A stretch of DNA of 64,000 nt from Bigelowiella natans CCMP2755 (GCA_000320545.1 ADNK01001596.1:65633-129632), one strand, 5' to 3'; shown: positions 19,027-32,429, numbered from the stretch's first letter. Made by a program: numbers and translations. Notes: a model not told the origin generated them from the letters alone.

Positions 19027-20087
19027 CCTCTCTCTCTTATCTCTTTCGCACTCAAAATTACCTCAGATGCGCACAAGCTCTCATTCTTCAGTAGGGTACC
19101 ATTTGTACACGTAAATACGATATCTTTCCAGCCCTCAGCAAGATTTGCGGTATTAATACTTCGCAGCCGCCAACGTCCGCCGCGACAATTTGAACGATCC
19201 TCCCAGCATGGGGCTATGCCTTTACGCATGAGGAACCTGAAGTACAAGTTGCTGCTGTCTCAGACACTTAGACGGCTTTATTGAAATAGAGAACAAATTG
19301 CAACCAGAAGCCGTCGCCCTTGGTGAAGTTTATTCTATGGAATGTGTTGATGATATCTTGTCTTGAGCGTGCCTCCTCGAGCTTCTCATAGCTCCCTAAA
19401 TCCCACCTAATATTTGACGGTGAGAGGTTAATCGATGGTTACATAATAATCATAATAATCAGGTAATTATGTACCACATCGAGATTCATTCCACCCACAT
19501 CATGATCACTTTCATAATCAATGAAATTCATGAAATTCTGCCGTTTCGGGGCCAAATCGTAGGTTGTGCTGATTAATACCCTGCCACCCCCCACCACAAC
19601 GAACCTGTTTGATGTCGCCGAATGATACCACCACACCCAGGTGTATCTGAAGCGACTTCTGTCTCTCTCTCTATGGCGCGAGCTAATCCTGGCCATTGGG
19701 CATCGAGAAGACGAAGTTCGAGGTTGCTTGTCGAGCTGAGTTGCATCATTGGCGGCCATTAGCAATGGAAAAAGCGGTAATGGGGCCCAGTAAAAAGCTG
19801 ACAGAAACAAACTTGCGTTGTGCAGTATGGGAAGATAAAAGTCGAAGCCCCACCCAAAAATCAAAATCTATGCTTATATTGTTCCATTCGCTTACGTGGC
19901 GAGTGGGATTGTTGTCTTTGCCTCTTCGTGCTTCTTTCTTAACGGTAGAGGAAAGTAGACGTGACTCCCCCCTCCCACACAGGACCAGAGCGAGAAGAAT
20001 TGTCGTTAGACACATAGCTATAACCGTCCACTTACGACGACAGATTTTCCTCGGCCTGGGCCCATAGCAAGGGGCGGAATAAATCAT
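17668..20087 (-). CDS. eIF4E-fold + pentatricopeptide-repeat fusion protein with signal/transit-like leader (7 exons, 471 aa model)
   Basis: Exons 20087-19896, 19735-19605, 19406-19305, 19236-19062, 18838-18684, 18563-18287 and 18051-17668 are all GT-AG, in frame and total 1416 nt. eIF4E motifs 'YTWVWW', 'FLMRKGIAPCWED..N..GGRW', 'ITGVSL', 'ISIWNR', 'EYRKH'; PPR-like 'ETYNIILRRLLMRQKIDVGKDLHSLMLEKGI'. Confidence 0.78.
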
Positions 20088-20544
20088 CCGGAAACGAGGA
20101 GGGGGTTAGTGCTTCGTCATGATCCTTTCTTCGTTTCGATTTTGGCCACTCTTCTGTCTGATAAGAGCAAACCCACAACACTTGAAACACGCAATATTGA
20201 ATTTAGGCCTAATAATAAGCGGAAAATACCTAAACCTCTCTTTCCAGAGTTGAATTTGTTTGAGAGAATGAGTACGTAACATCCAAGCAACATCCAACCC
20301 CTGGCACTAATTTGCTCCGGTTTAACCTACCAGAAGCTTTCTTTCTGAACTGGGTAAAAATCGATGTCGTTCTATATAAATCTCCTATATTTATATAAGT
20401 TTTGTCCGTCGCTGCAGCGCAACAGAGCTCAGGAAGAAAGGGCTTTCTGTGAGGCAGCGAGATTGAGGAGGTTCCATTTTCCTGGGTCTTGGATTTCGTT
20501 ACGTATTGCTAAATTCTAACCCTTTATTGATTGAATAGGCTCAA

Positions 20545-20616
20545 ATGTCGTACTCGGGACAAAAAACTAAACAGGTTTGTGAAGTCTTTTACAACATTAC
20601 AACACAAATAGAAGGC

Positions 20617-20667
<51 letters not shown>

Positions 20668-21234
20668 GGTGGGTGCGTTATGTTCTCGTACAAAATCATA
20701 AAGAAACTATTGGAACACGTACCAAGTAAAATTTGTCTTTAACAGGAAGGGAAAGACTACGAAGCTTCTCGATCATATGCTCAATCATCTTCATCACACT
20801 TCATGAACCAGCAGAGTATGGAACTCGATGCCTCTCAGTTAAAACTTGGCAAGGAATTTCATGAAGCACATTGCTTATGGAATGCAGAGGTAGCTGTGAT
20901 TCTGGATACTGTGATTAAAAGAGAAACGCTAAGTGATAGGAATAAAGACTTGGTAAAGACGACATTAGACTATGTAAATAAGTTCAAGTATTTCCCCACG
21001 AAAGAAATGGCTAAGAAGGCAAGGGAGTATGTTGAAGATAATACTAAGCCCGATAGGAAAGGAGGTAAACCAGGTATTGACATCGAACAATTTGAAGTCG
21101 CTGAAATGGCGAACACAGGAATATTCCAGGCTGAGGAAGCCAGAGAACTTCTGCCAACCGTAAAGGAAAAATTTGAGGGTAGAGAGGATGAACTTGAAGA
21201 TTTCCTTTCCGGTCTCACAGAATATGTGGGTTGA
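20545..21234 (+). CDS. RPB4: RNA polymerase II subunit RPB4 (2 exons)
   Basis: 'ELDASQLKLGKEFHEAHCLWNAEVAVIL', 'KTTLDYVNKF', 'FEVAEMAN..AEEARELLP'. Exon 1 20545-20574, exon 2 20746-21234. Confidence 0.92.
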
Positions 21235-21550
21235 ATCAATTTCGTGGTATTCGTTGGTTTCCAGTCGGGGCGATTTTTCTAGTCACCCCGATTTTTGCGA
21301 TAGGCACGTGCGCATTCGTGCCTTAATTGAAAGTTAAAAGTAATACACTAGTTCATGTCTATTGAGAATGCTCCAGCTGAAAACAATTTGACGTCCCTGG
21401 CATTCTAAGCGCTTTGTGTTCAGTTGCGCAGATGCTGTGCGCATTGCGTAAAAGTTCCAAATGATCCAGTCGTATATGTATCTATAATAGCTACATGTAC
21501 ATCAACAACGTAACGTAACGTTGCGCACATTGGCGGTTATTTTATCATTA

Positions 21551-21977
21551 TGAGACGGATGTAAGACGGATGTAATCAACCAATTAAATTTGTGCAATAA
21601 TGGTCATCCTAATGTAGCTGTGCAATGCCAGCGGCTTACAGCGCTAATGTTGAATCTGTTGGTCTACGCTATGATGTGTTTCATGCAATCAAATGCATGT
21701 GGCTCGGTCTTAAATGTCACGCATTTCCCTAGTTTCGCGCAGCAGTGCGTGTTTCCTTCTCATCGCAAGTCAATCTTTTCGTTTCGTCGTCGTGCATCAC
21801 CATGTAATGTGGCAGTGAGCTGATTCCTCTAGTGGCGTTGACACGTGCCGTGGCAGTGTGCAATGAGCAAGAAATATAGAAAGCAAATGATCTACATCGA
21901 TCTTCGATGAGACGGATGTAATGAAACGATTAAATTCTTTCAATGGTCATTCTTATTCTGTCATTGTGAGACGGATG
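21551..21977 (+). repeat. Cluster of dispersed ~47-bp element copies (21551-21610, 21908-21954, partial 21967-21977)
   Basis: tgagacggatgta(agacggatgta)atcaaccaattaaatttgtgcaataatggtcatcct and tgagacggatgtaatgaaacgattaaattctttcaatggtcattct. Confidence 0.85.
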
Positions 21978-22472
21978 CATTAGGTGGTGCGCAAACCAGC
22001 GGCTAGACTACTACATAGCTCTGCAGCTAGCGTAGCTAGCATGGAGCGCCTGTGTGTTGTTCGTATTTGTTGGTTCATCTACATAGCTAGATAGGCATAG
22101 TAGCTTGACTTGCTTCGCTAGCTAGATAGTGCCATGCATGGTGTCCATACGCCAACCTATAAATCATGAACACATGTACGTGTACTACTACCGCTACTAC
22201 CTACGATATTCTACCTTTAAAAGATGACACCACGACGGCATGTAGATGCTACACGAGAAGCCGCCATCACTAAATCACACCGCATCTCGAATTAATGCGC
22301 GATGCAATCCTAGCGCTGCGCATGACGACACGCTGTAGCGAGTGAAATAAATAAACACCCAGCTAGAACGTCATCACAACATCCATCACATAGATACTGT
22401 TACCACACTATAGTGGAAATAACTTTAATTAGTTGCACGATTGGTAGGCATCAAAGGTACAATCACACTGGT

Positions 22473-23655
22473 CTAGCCGTATGCAATGTCCGGATTAGGA
22501 TTTGGGTAAGAGTGTGGATAAGAATTCGGATTCGGCAGTTGCTCAGACTGCCTGAATTTGTAGATGTCCTCCGCAATTTGCTCATCATCAAGTTGCGAAA
22601 ATTCACCTATAACTGAAATCTTACTTTCATACTCGGACATCAGCACCTCCGTATCCTTCCCGAAAAAAAGGTATTTAACTATTTCGTAAATCTCTCTTCG
22701 AACAGTAGGATTGTAGAAGAAGAACAAGGCGTCTAACAAACCAAACGTACTCGAGGAGATAGCATGAAGCAACTGGAAAGTGTACGGTGGTGTAATAAAG
22801 ATTGCGATGAAGCGATTTAGTGTTGGCGCCAGTAGACCCCAAATGAGAATTAAGGGGTAGAACTTGAGCAACTCAAAAGGCCCAGAGATGATTTTCCTCT
22901 CTTGTCCCGCTCCGTCAAAATTGCGCAGTTTTTGCCATATCGTGTAGTATATATACGTACAGTAGAACACATATATCCAGCTTAATCCATAGAGCGAAAA
23001 TATGCGGACCATAATATACATGTCACTCTCCTTTCCTTCTTTGACCCAGCACCAATTCCCGGCGTCTCCATAAGCATTGAACCACATCGGTAACGACGAC
23101 GGGACCACAGGAAACAGTTGGCATAATACAAAGAATATCCTCATCATGTAGGAATGGTCGATTGGTTCTCCAGAACTGATGCTGTTTGCGACTACACGAT
23201 GCAGCGTGTATGCAGTGGCGCAGGCCCACAACATCGCGCTTTGCAAACCTAGAATGTTGAATAGGATGCTCAGTGTTTATCATGCTTGCTAAACCAGTAC
23301 GACGAAACTGTTAGAAATTATCAAACCGTAGTTGATGAAGAATGCTTGCGCTTGGCACCTGAAGCTGTCCTCTCCATACTGGGCCATATCTCCGATTCCA
23401 AACACACAGTAGAATATGAAGTCGTTCAGCAATATGAAGAAAACCATTTGGAATGCCATTGTTGGCCGTAATTTTTCCAGTCCAAAGAAGCAAATCATTG
23501 CGAGCAAGACTGCACTGGCACTAATCCAGGATCCAATCCTGGTGAAGATTACCTACAGAGCAGCATTGGTGAGTTTTATTTTCAGTTCCATATTCAACGG
23601 AAACCATTTGTAATCAGACCAGAGCATGATGTTCTTCGGCCACAGACTGCACCAT
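22473..23655 (-). CDS. 7TM GPCR of the cAMP-receptor/GCR1-like family
   Basis: Seven hydrophobic helices; 'CQAQAFFINY', 'YGDAGNWCWV', 'LKFYPLILIW', 'GLLDALFFFYNPTVR'. Exon 1 MVQSVAEEHHAL starts at 23655. Confidence 0.85.
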
Positions 23656-24137
23656 TTGTACTTATTATTCCGTGCAATTATCTCTTTAATCCACGATATT
23701 GATACGCCCAGCTACGAATGGAGGCCGACAGTCCAGCAGCTACCTACTGTGCTACCATGACGCTGCTGCAAGCTTGAGTCGGTCGGCTGCAACAATACAA
23801 AATCATCACACATCGTCGGTACTTCATCACCGTCATGAGTTCTATCACTGTGAACACTTCCATTCCTCTGTTAGTCATCGTCTGATTCAGTTACCGTATT
23901 TTCAGCTCAGGCCTCCTCCTCATGCTGCATGGTTTCTTTGCTCGGCGACATAGACCAGCTAGTAAGATGCAACTCCCGACGAAAAACTACGGGAAAACAA
24001 TCTATTTTTAATTTTACAGACAAATATACATGTACGACACGATACACTTGAAGTCGTAACAAAAAATCACACATTTACGCCACTGCAAACCTGAAAGAGT
24101 AGGGACTAGATCTGATGAAGAGGTTCAAGAACGAGTA

Positions 24138-26201
24138 ATGAGGCAGCGCTACAGAGCTGTTGTGCAGTACATCGGCACCCGGTCGTCGCTCCTTGGCCAA
24201 CAATCAATGATGACACAATTATTTATAGATTTTAACGAAATCAATACCTCAGTTATCATGGCTTCGCGCGCTCGGAGGGCTTTCCGACGGTGCAGGAAGC
24301 TCTGGACAGAGCAGTGGCTGTTCTTGGAGCCCAAACACCGAATAATAACGTGATTAACGCGATGAATGTTGCTGGGGAGGAGGATAATAGTCGGCGGAAA
24401 CGCAGAGGGTTCTGCGTGGGCGCTGGAAGAACGGATGCGGGCGTGCATGCTCTAGGTAACAGCCGGTAAGGAATGCGCGGAGCGAGTTGTAGATTTACCC
24501 GCAGCTGCTCTATTATTTACCAGGCCAGGTGATCCACTTCGATTTGTCACGAACGCAGCGGAAGACAAATGATCCTCTGGAGGCAATATCAGGTAGTTCG
24601 CAAGAACCTCTCATCTTTCATCTGTCTTGGTAAGCTAAACAAATGTCCTCGCTTTGGCACGAAGCCGAAATGATTCATTCATTGCTGAGCTCGAACAACA
24701 CGGCTTCTCTGTTTGAGCACTATGTTCTTAACAATAGGGGACAGCGTCAAGAATGCTGTGAATTATTACCTCAGGCAAAATCAGAATGCAGATATCCAGG
24801 TTGTGCAGCTAACTGCTGGTGGAAAAAATCTAGACGCCATTTCGATAGATGCGAGCTGTTGCGATGTCTCTTCGTTCCTCGAAGGGAATGTTAGATTGAG
24901 ATGCCTTTCAACAAACTCGCTGTATTGTTTTGAGACCATTTGGAATAATCATATGAATTAATGATTTATTAGGTAGTTTCTGCATCGAAGGTGAGCTCAG
25001 ACTTCCATGCAAGATATAGCGCACGGATGCGGCATTATGTGTACCGCGTGGAACTAACAGAGGATCCGTCGCTTTTTGAATCGCACAGGTTTCCTTCTTC
25101 TCAGGATAGACCATGATTATGTACTCTAACTGAGCCGCTGAAACACTGCAGAACCTCTCACTTTTGCGGTACAACTCGCACATAACAGGTCATGGCACGT
25201 GCCGGAACAACTGGACTTTGAGCAAATGCAGCTTGCAGCTGACGTACTAGAAGGCGAGCACGACTTCTCTTCCTTCAGGGGATCTAGATGCCAAGCTCGT
25301 TCGCCCATCAGGTCGTCCTGAGTTGCAGCTAACAGGGGAAAATCCAGCTTTCTTGAGAAGCACCGCCAATAACACACTCGCATTCAATCAACAAATAACG
25401 GATGAACGCATTGTCGGTGCATGCATACATAACAGGCGAATAGAAGCTATAAAGCTTGACGGGTACAATATAACGGAGGATTTCTCTCCCCGTGTAGTTT
25501 CGTCTGCGTCTCTATGCCAAACCTCCTCGTCTTCTCAACTGCTGCGAGCAATCGCCACCACCACCATAAAGCAACCGGACATACTACACGTGCGTGTGGC
25601 TAGCCGCGGCTTCCTGTATAACCAGGTATTAATCTTCACAGGCACGTAGGTCTATGCTTGCACATTGTTATATATCGAGTCGGTGCATCTGTATCAATCT
25701 GCATCAATGTTGATGTCCTCTCTCAATACCTGGTGAGGTTCGGCGAATGGTTGGGGCTCTCGTGGATGTTGGCAGGGGAAAGGTACGCATTATTTTGCGC
25801 GGTCACAAAATTAACATTTAAGGCAGCCCAAGATTCTGATGACAACATTTCTACCGATATTAGCCGTTGGCATTTTATTCCTGTGTGAGATACACATTTT
25901 AAGCATCCTCATAAAGAAACCACGCGTTGTTGTCCCTTCGGAACTTCAGCATTTACGTTTGACGCTATTTGAAGCTTTATATGTGTGTGTCTGTGTGTAG
26001 ATATCTGTCTCACAAGTGCGCGAGATATTGGAGAAGCGAGATAATAGCTTGGTATTTTCAAACAATTTGAAACGTGAAAAAGAGCTTTCGGTTCATTCTC
26101 TGACGACTTCCTTAATCCGTAATATTTATCAGCTTCGAACAGTTGCACCCCCGCACGGACTTTATTTCGCGAAGGTAGAATATGATAACATTTTTAATTG
26201 A
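24138..26201 (+). CDS. truA: tRNA pseudouridine synthase, TruA family (multi-exon)
   Basis: '[11 protein letters not shown]', 'TVQEAL', '[12 protein letters not shown]', '[13 protein letters not shown]', 'GEHDFSSFR...CQA', '[13 protein letters not shown]', 'APPHGLYF'. Confidence 0.92.
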
Positions 26202-26748
26202 TTGAAGGGCATTCTCTTCTCAGAGAGTTTGTGTGCAGCGCAAAGTCACTATGTGCACTGTCAATTATCATTGCAACTTGGTGATTAAAGATGCCACAAC
26301 GAGTGTATCTGTAGCAGTTCCATCGCATGGCAAGCAAGCTTTACTGCATCAATTTGCATTGGTGGCCGGATTCACATCTATACAGCGCCGAACAATGATC
26401 ATTGCAATAGCTAGCATGCACTTTGCTATAATTATGCTCGAATTACACATTACACAACGCGCTGGTCGCCTGATCGACTTATTAGCCAGTGGAAGCCAAT
26501 CAGTCTGCATTAACATGCGCTACTTAGCTAGTTAGCTAATCTAGTGATGCTCGATCGATCAGGCGTGCGCTAGCAATTGCAAGTCAAAACAATGCGAAGC
26601 ACACGCAGCATGACCAAAACAACATGCACTTGATTGCATGCATGAAACATGCACATCACGCATAGCGGAGACCAACAGATTGAGCATGCATGTACAATAG
26701 CGCTGCAAGTAGCCGCTGCGCTGCATTCTAGCATTGCACAGCTACATG

Positions 26749-26795
26749 AGGATGACCGTTAAACAAATTTAATTTGATCGATTACATCCGTCTCA
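26749..26795 (-). repeat. Copy of dispersed ~47-bp intergenic element
   Basis: Reverse complement tgagacggatgtaatcgatcaaattaaatttgtttaacggtcatcct. Confidence 0.85.
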
Positions 26796-27218
26796 CAGAC
26801 TGCTAGCATGTACATGCATGCTAGCATGCCTACCAGCTAGCAGCTGGATGTGCATGTATGGCTGTGCTAACAGAGGCATCTAGGCATGGCAAAGTGTAAG
26901 CGTTTGTATACGCACGTGCGCATTATTTTCGCATTGTTGGCAGATGTCTTTGTGCGCTTACGCTTATGTAATAAGCTTGCGTATACATGTAAAGCTTCTT
27001 AGACTATCTAGCTATTATTCATTTGCATCCGCACGCTCAATATCATGTATCTTGATCTAACCAGCTCGATCTCCAGAACTAGAGAATAACACGCATGCGC
27101 AACGACCGAAGATGTAGTATAAATTCACGCAAAAGTCTTGAAAAAGGCTAAGATTACATTACGATAGCACGTGATCAAATCAAATGAGCTGATGTCATGG
27201 ATTGCTTCACAAGGAGCA

Positions 27219-29997
27219 CTAACTAAATCGAAAAGAAGAACCCAGCCGAGAAAGAATTGGATAGTGGTTGGGACTTTGATTCGGTGAGGGTGCGTACCAT
27301 TGCCTGAGGTAATAACATCAAACTATGGAGTCAGGAGAGAGCATTCCTTCGGGAAATTATTAGTTATTATTAGGATGTCGACTTACAAGCACTGTCGCTG
27401 GACCCCATTGATTTGTTCTTCGGATTCGCTTATCATTCCATACCGCTCTTTAAGGTTATCAAGTGCGTCTTCCATCACCTGTGAGGTGTATGAACAGAAG
27501 GGAGAGGAAGGGGAGGGGGCGGCAATGAGGGCTTAGAGATCATGGCATGAAAAGTAAGAGCAAGAACCACGACTCATCATCATCATCACCACCATCATCA
27601 TAATCGTATTCCCTCTTGCTCTTACCTGAGGATTACTCTGATAGCCCATGATGCTCTTTAAATGTTCTACCGGCACCGGCATATATTGCTTTGAACCGAA
27701 TGGACCATCACTCACGCTTTGCTCCAGCTCTTCCCGAATCCTAGCTGTGAGCCTGTTGTGCAGACGTAAAAAATATGTGAAATTGTGTACGTTATGCTTT
27801 CTTCAACACAACACTTTTACTACCCGGCATTTCTTCAACCTTTTCCCAACACGAAGAAATGCACGCACCAGTGTTACATAATAACACTGTTGTCGCGAAA
27901 TGATAACACATAAAATCTCACCTGGCAATTGTCCATCGGTGCCACAGCTTTCGCAGGTAGATCGATGCAACGCCCATTGCTGGAGCAACATACTTCCAGT
28001 TCGCCAGTGCGAATGAGAGGAGCGGCCACACGCATTTATTCAAAATATAGCACCTCCACGAATACCGTCGATAACCCATGCTAGAAGTATACAAATTTCC
28101 GCGATTCTTTATGCCAGTTTTGGGATCGCTCACTATCTCGCGCAGCACCTTATCTTGTCGCGTCCTGAGATCCCTGAGATCCAGACCCTTGCTCCTAACT
28201 GCTTCTCCGTATTGCTCCTCCAGCTTCGTAGCTATCTGTGAAGGGTTGAGCCCTGGCGGTGTCGACGTCCCAGAGCATTCTCGCCTTGCTTGAGCTTCCT
28301 CGATCGTTTGTATGATAAAGGGTTTGAGCTCCCTTAGCACCCAGATGGGCCGGCACTTTGAAGACTTTTTCTCATACCACGGTTGGCAATGTGTAAACTC
28401 TCCCATTTGGCAATATCCATTGTCCGGGCATGGGATGCAAAGAGTCTTGGATTGCGATGCATACTTGCCGGTGTCGCAGTATTTCAAAAATGCTGGGTGG
28501 CTGACATAGCGATAGACTCTCTGGGCACATAGGAACGCAACCAGAAAAATCAGAATACTACCCACTCCAGCGACCCCGGATGAGCTGAAGCCTTGCTTTG
28601 TGGAGGATATGAGAGACTGAGTCGCTTTCATTGTGGAGTTGAGCACTGCTAAAGCAAGTCTGATGGGAGCAAGCAGTGCCCACACCACCAATCGTATGAA
28701 AGCAAGAGGCAACTTAATAATATCTTTCAATGCATTCCCAGATCCAAGTCGAGGGGGAGGGGGAGGAGGAGTAAGGGATTGCGCGGGTGATGATGACGAT
28801 GAAAATGATGGTCCTCTTGCTGCTGGGGTGCTCTTCTTACTCTCCTGCTGTTTCACTGCATCATCTTCAGGAACCCCGAAAGCTTCTATGTAAGCCTAAT
28901 AACGTGTAGTAGAGAATAGAGTTATCAATAAGCTCATTCAACAAGTGCGGATGATGAACATGATAATCATTGTGATGCATCGGTAGAGGCAGTGGTAGCA
29001 GTTGTTGTTGTAGTAGCACTCGCAGGTTTTATAAATATCACATAAATTTTGAAGATAAATACTCCGATGGCGGGGAGGAGGAAAGGAGGGAGGGGGGAAG
29101 AGAGATCTAGTCCTACCTCAATAAGTTGTTGCCTTCGCTGGTAACTTTTCGTTTGAATTCCCACCATTTTCAGCTGCTTTCTCATTTCTTTAACAGTAAG
29201 GCCCTTCATTGAAGTCGGCGTCGTATGCTTCTTCACACCTTGCCTCTTGCTGTAACTTCCCACATGGCTTTCTTTCTCCTTTTTTGCACCCACAGTTGTT
29301 GTGTGATAATTATCCGCGTGTATGTGCTTGACATCCTGTTTGCCCTTTCTAACGACGTACGCATTGTCGTCGTGTTCTTGTTCTCCGAGCTCTTCCAGTT
29401 CTCCATCGAGTATTGGCGCTAACTCCTCTTCACCTACCCAACCCATATGCTCCTCCTCCTCTACCTCATCTTCCCCCTTCACGTCTTCGTCTTTCACCAA
29501 AAAATCAGCCAATTCAGGCTGGGCCCGGCGTCGTGGCGCTGTTCGAGGAAGTCATAACATAATTTTAGTCATTGGCAACAACTTCGGAGTTATCAAAAAC
29601 AAATCGCAAAAAAATGCAGTTTACCGGTCTTTCGCGCACTCTGGAACACGTTATCTCCTGAATCCTTACGTTCCCATATTGCGTTCATCGCGGACTTCCT
29701 CCTTCCACGCTTTGGCCTTTTTGTAGGGCGAGGGTCTGTCATGACCTTCCCTATACACATGCAGCAAATCGTGATTATTCGGATGTGTAACCAATAATAA
29801 AGTCTTCAATCGATTCAGCAATTACTCTTTGAACGAGTGCGACGAGTAGGCGTAGCTGGTTCAGGGCTCTGTGAGAACCAACATCAACATTTATTCAAGA
29901 TGACGGTCTTAACTCGAAGATATGAAATGTTAGATACCCTTCTGACGCTGGAAGACCCTCGCCGTCTACCCGTACGGCGTTGTGACGATCGAGGCAT
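27219..29997 (-). CDS. MAN1/Src1/Heh-like inner nuclear membrane protein
   Basis: HeH/SAP-like 'LTVKEMRKQLKMVGI....RRQQLIE', a TM helix, luminal 'YCDTG...CIPCPDNGYC..G...C...Y.....C', a second TM helix and a C-terminal winged-helix-like tail ('EEQINGVQRQCLQW'). Start tentative. Confidence 0.75.
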
Positions 29998-30297
29998 GAT
30001 GGCGGGATGGGGCGGGTTGATTTACTTTATCTCTATTTTACTGGTGTAGAATCCTAGTTCTTGGAAGGGGCGGGGACTACTCAGGACGATGAGTTATGAG
30101 TAGAAGTAACAAACACGCCACACGCTTCTTTGATTGCACTTTTCCGTGCGAAAACATACACACTACCTACAGTGTTTCGTAAGCGTCTCACGAAATTCCA
30201 TGACGTAGACTAAAATCCGCAAGGGTTTGCGTTCCGGTTTAAGTTTAGTTTACCGGTATCCTGTATACTTAGATCTGGGCTCTACTCTGACATATTG

Positions 30298-31621
30298 ATG
30301 TCGCAGGTATAAAATCCCCTATGATTGATAAAATCACTGAATCGTGCGGCTCAGATGGACCACTGTCCATTCCTCACGACTCACATCTGCCGCTGTGCCA
30401 CTCGCGCACGCCACCACGAAAGGCGAAGCTACTGTGAGAGAATCAACGGAACGATTCTGTTCAAGGCATGCCCGTAGTCCCTTTTGGTTTGAGCGCACTG
30501 CCAGCCAGTGTCCTTGCTCCATATGATTTGGAGGATTTACAATATCTGGTCTCAGCGACGCTCGCGGCATTGCTCACGGCCATCGTTCTTGATCGGAGGA
30601 AAGCATCATCTATAATCTTCACATTCTTTCAGGTTTTTGTTCAGTAAATTATTTCCGGGCAGCCTGTATTCTGAATTATTATTCTCACATATAAATATAT
30701 ATTTCATCGACGCGTGATATAATTGGAGCTCATCTTCTCATCACATATCAGGAACTCTTTGGGACTGCATTCATGATTTGCTGCGTGTTTCCACCAAGTC
30801 CTCTCCTCGGTCACCTCTCTCCGAAATACATGTACGAGTGGCCTGTGCATGGACTTGGCGTTATTGTGTCGGACTTTATCTTCGGAGGGCCACAAGTCAA
30901 CGCTGCCTGCACTTTTTCCTTGTGGATCGCACAGTTGGTAATACGGAAATTTACTAAGTGGAAAATTCACACTTCCTCAAATATATTCCTTATAGTTTCC
31001 GGCGATTAATTTATTTTCATTGAACTCGCCATTAAAATAATTACTGCATATTTTTAGATTCCGTTGACGCAAGCAGTATCAAACATTTTCGCCCAGCTTC
31101 TCGGCGGCGTTATTGGATTCCCTCTTGCAAAAATGATAACTCTCGCTATAAGACCAAAAGCCGAGTTTGGAGGACCCACATTTACCCTAGATGAAAGTGA
31201 AACTCCGAAACAGCTGACTCTGGAGGAGGCATTCGCAAACGAGTTCGCCGGAGTCGTTCTTCTAATGTGCGCAGTGTACGGATTTTGTTTGACAAAACTT
31301 GGTAAGAGGTATCTTCTAAAGCAATCGCTTGTAGCCGCTTCTATTCGTTTCATATTACATTTTTATCCTAAAACTGGACCAGCCATGAACCCTGGGCTCG
31401 GCAGTATGTACCATTTCTTCATTTCTGGAAGATTACATAGAGATGCGAGTCACTACTACGTGTACTGGCTTGCTCCATTCGCAGCAGGAGGAATAGTTGC
31501 TCTTTTCTGGAGTGGGGCAACCGAGACAGGACTATTTGCAGCTGAGCCCAGCAACACAAACATGAACAGTAAAGCTGATAATTCGGGTGAGGGAAAAACT
31601 TCGCATAAGGTGTACGAATAG
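30298..31621 (+). CDS. Aquaporin/MIP-family channel, unorthodox (SIP/AQP11-12-like)
   Basis: 'ELFGTAFMI', 'GGPQVNAA', 'AQLLGG', 'NEFAG', 'TGPAMNPG', 'VYWLAPFAAG'. The 5' exons are uncertain. Confidence 0.82.
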
Positions 31622-32175
31622 CGCGCCGGCATGCAGCCATAACAAAATCACATGTAAGCCTGATCAAAGCCGCACGATATAACGACGCTTAGGACAGATA
31701 CACATTATGTACTGGCACAAACAGCATTCGAAAAATATAACAGTACATAGTAGTAGGTCGGTGTCGTTAAGTCGCTAACCTGCTAGTAGTTGCTTCATGC
31801 GATGGATCGTGCATCCTAGCAATGCTAGATCACATGAATGGATCCTGTGCGCGATAAAGAATCAAAGCTAGACCGGGCATACTCACACATAGCATATCCC
31901 CATCGTAGTCAGCGCATCGAACAGTTGTAACCATGCAGAACAAGAAGCTACAAGCGTTGGTTGTAATGCACGTGTTTTTGCATCATAGCTAGCACATCGA
32001 TGCAAGTGCATGTCTTTTGCATTGTTTCCAAACTGCAAATTACGTAGTTCACAATGTACAGTAAATGCATTGCAATGATTTGGCAAGTCGCACAATAATT
32101 GCGGTAAAGTTGGCAGTGCACATCACATCACAATCATAATGCAATCGCTAGCTAGCTAGACTAACGCTATATATT

Positions 32176-32221
32176 GGGATGACCATTGAATAACCTTAAT
32201 TGATTCATTACACCCGTCTCA
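32176..32221 (-). repeat. Copy of dispersed ~47-bp intergenic element
   Basis: Reverse complement tgagacgggtgtaatgaatcaattaaggttattcaatggtcatccc. Confidence 0.85.
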
Positions 32222-32429
32222 CATGTAACACTAGCAAATTATTGCACTTTTATGCTATTTAAATGCAGGCTAGTTCTCACTCCTCGTTACACTTTACAAA
32301 TTGTAAATTTATACACATACAATCGCTGGTCTTGTAATCCCAATCGGAGTGGAATCACACGCCCGATCAGCTAAGTCCTTTTCTTCATAGTCCAACGAAT
32401 CATCACATAAACGACTGATTGTGCTTTCC

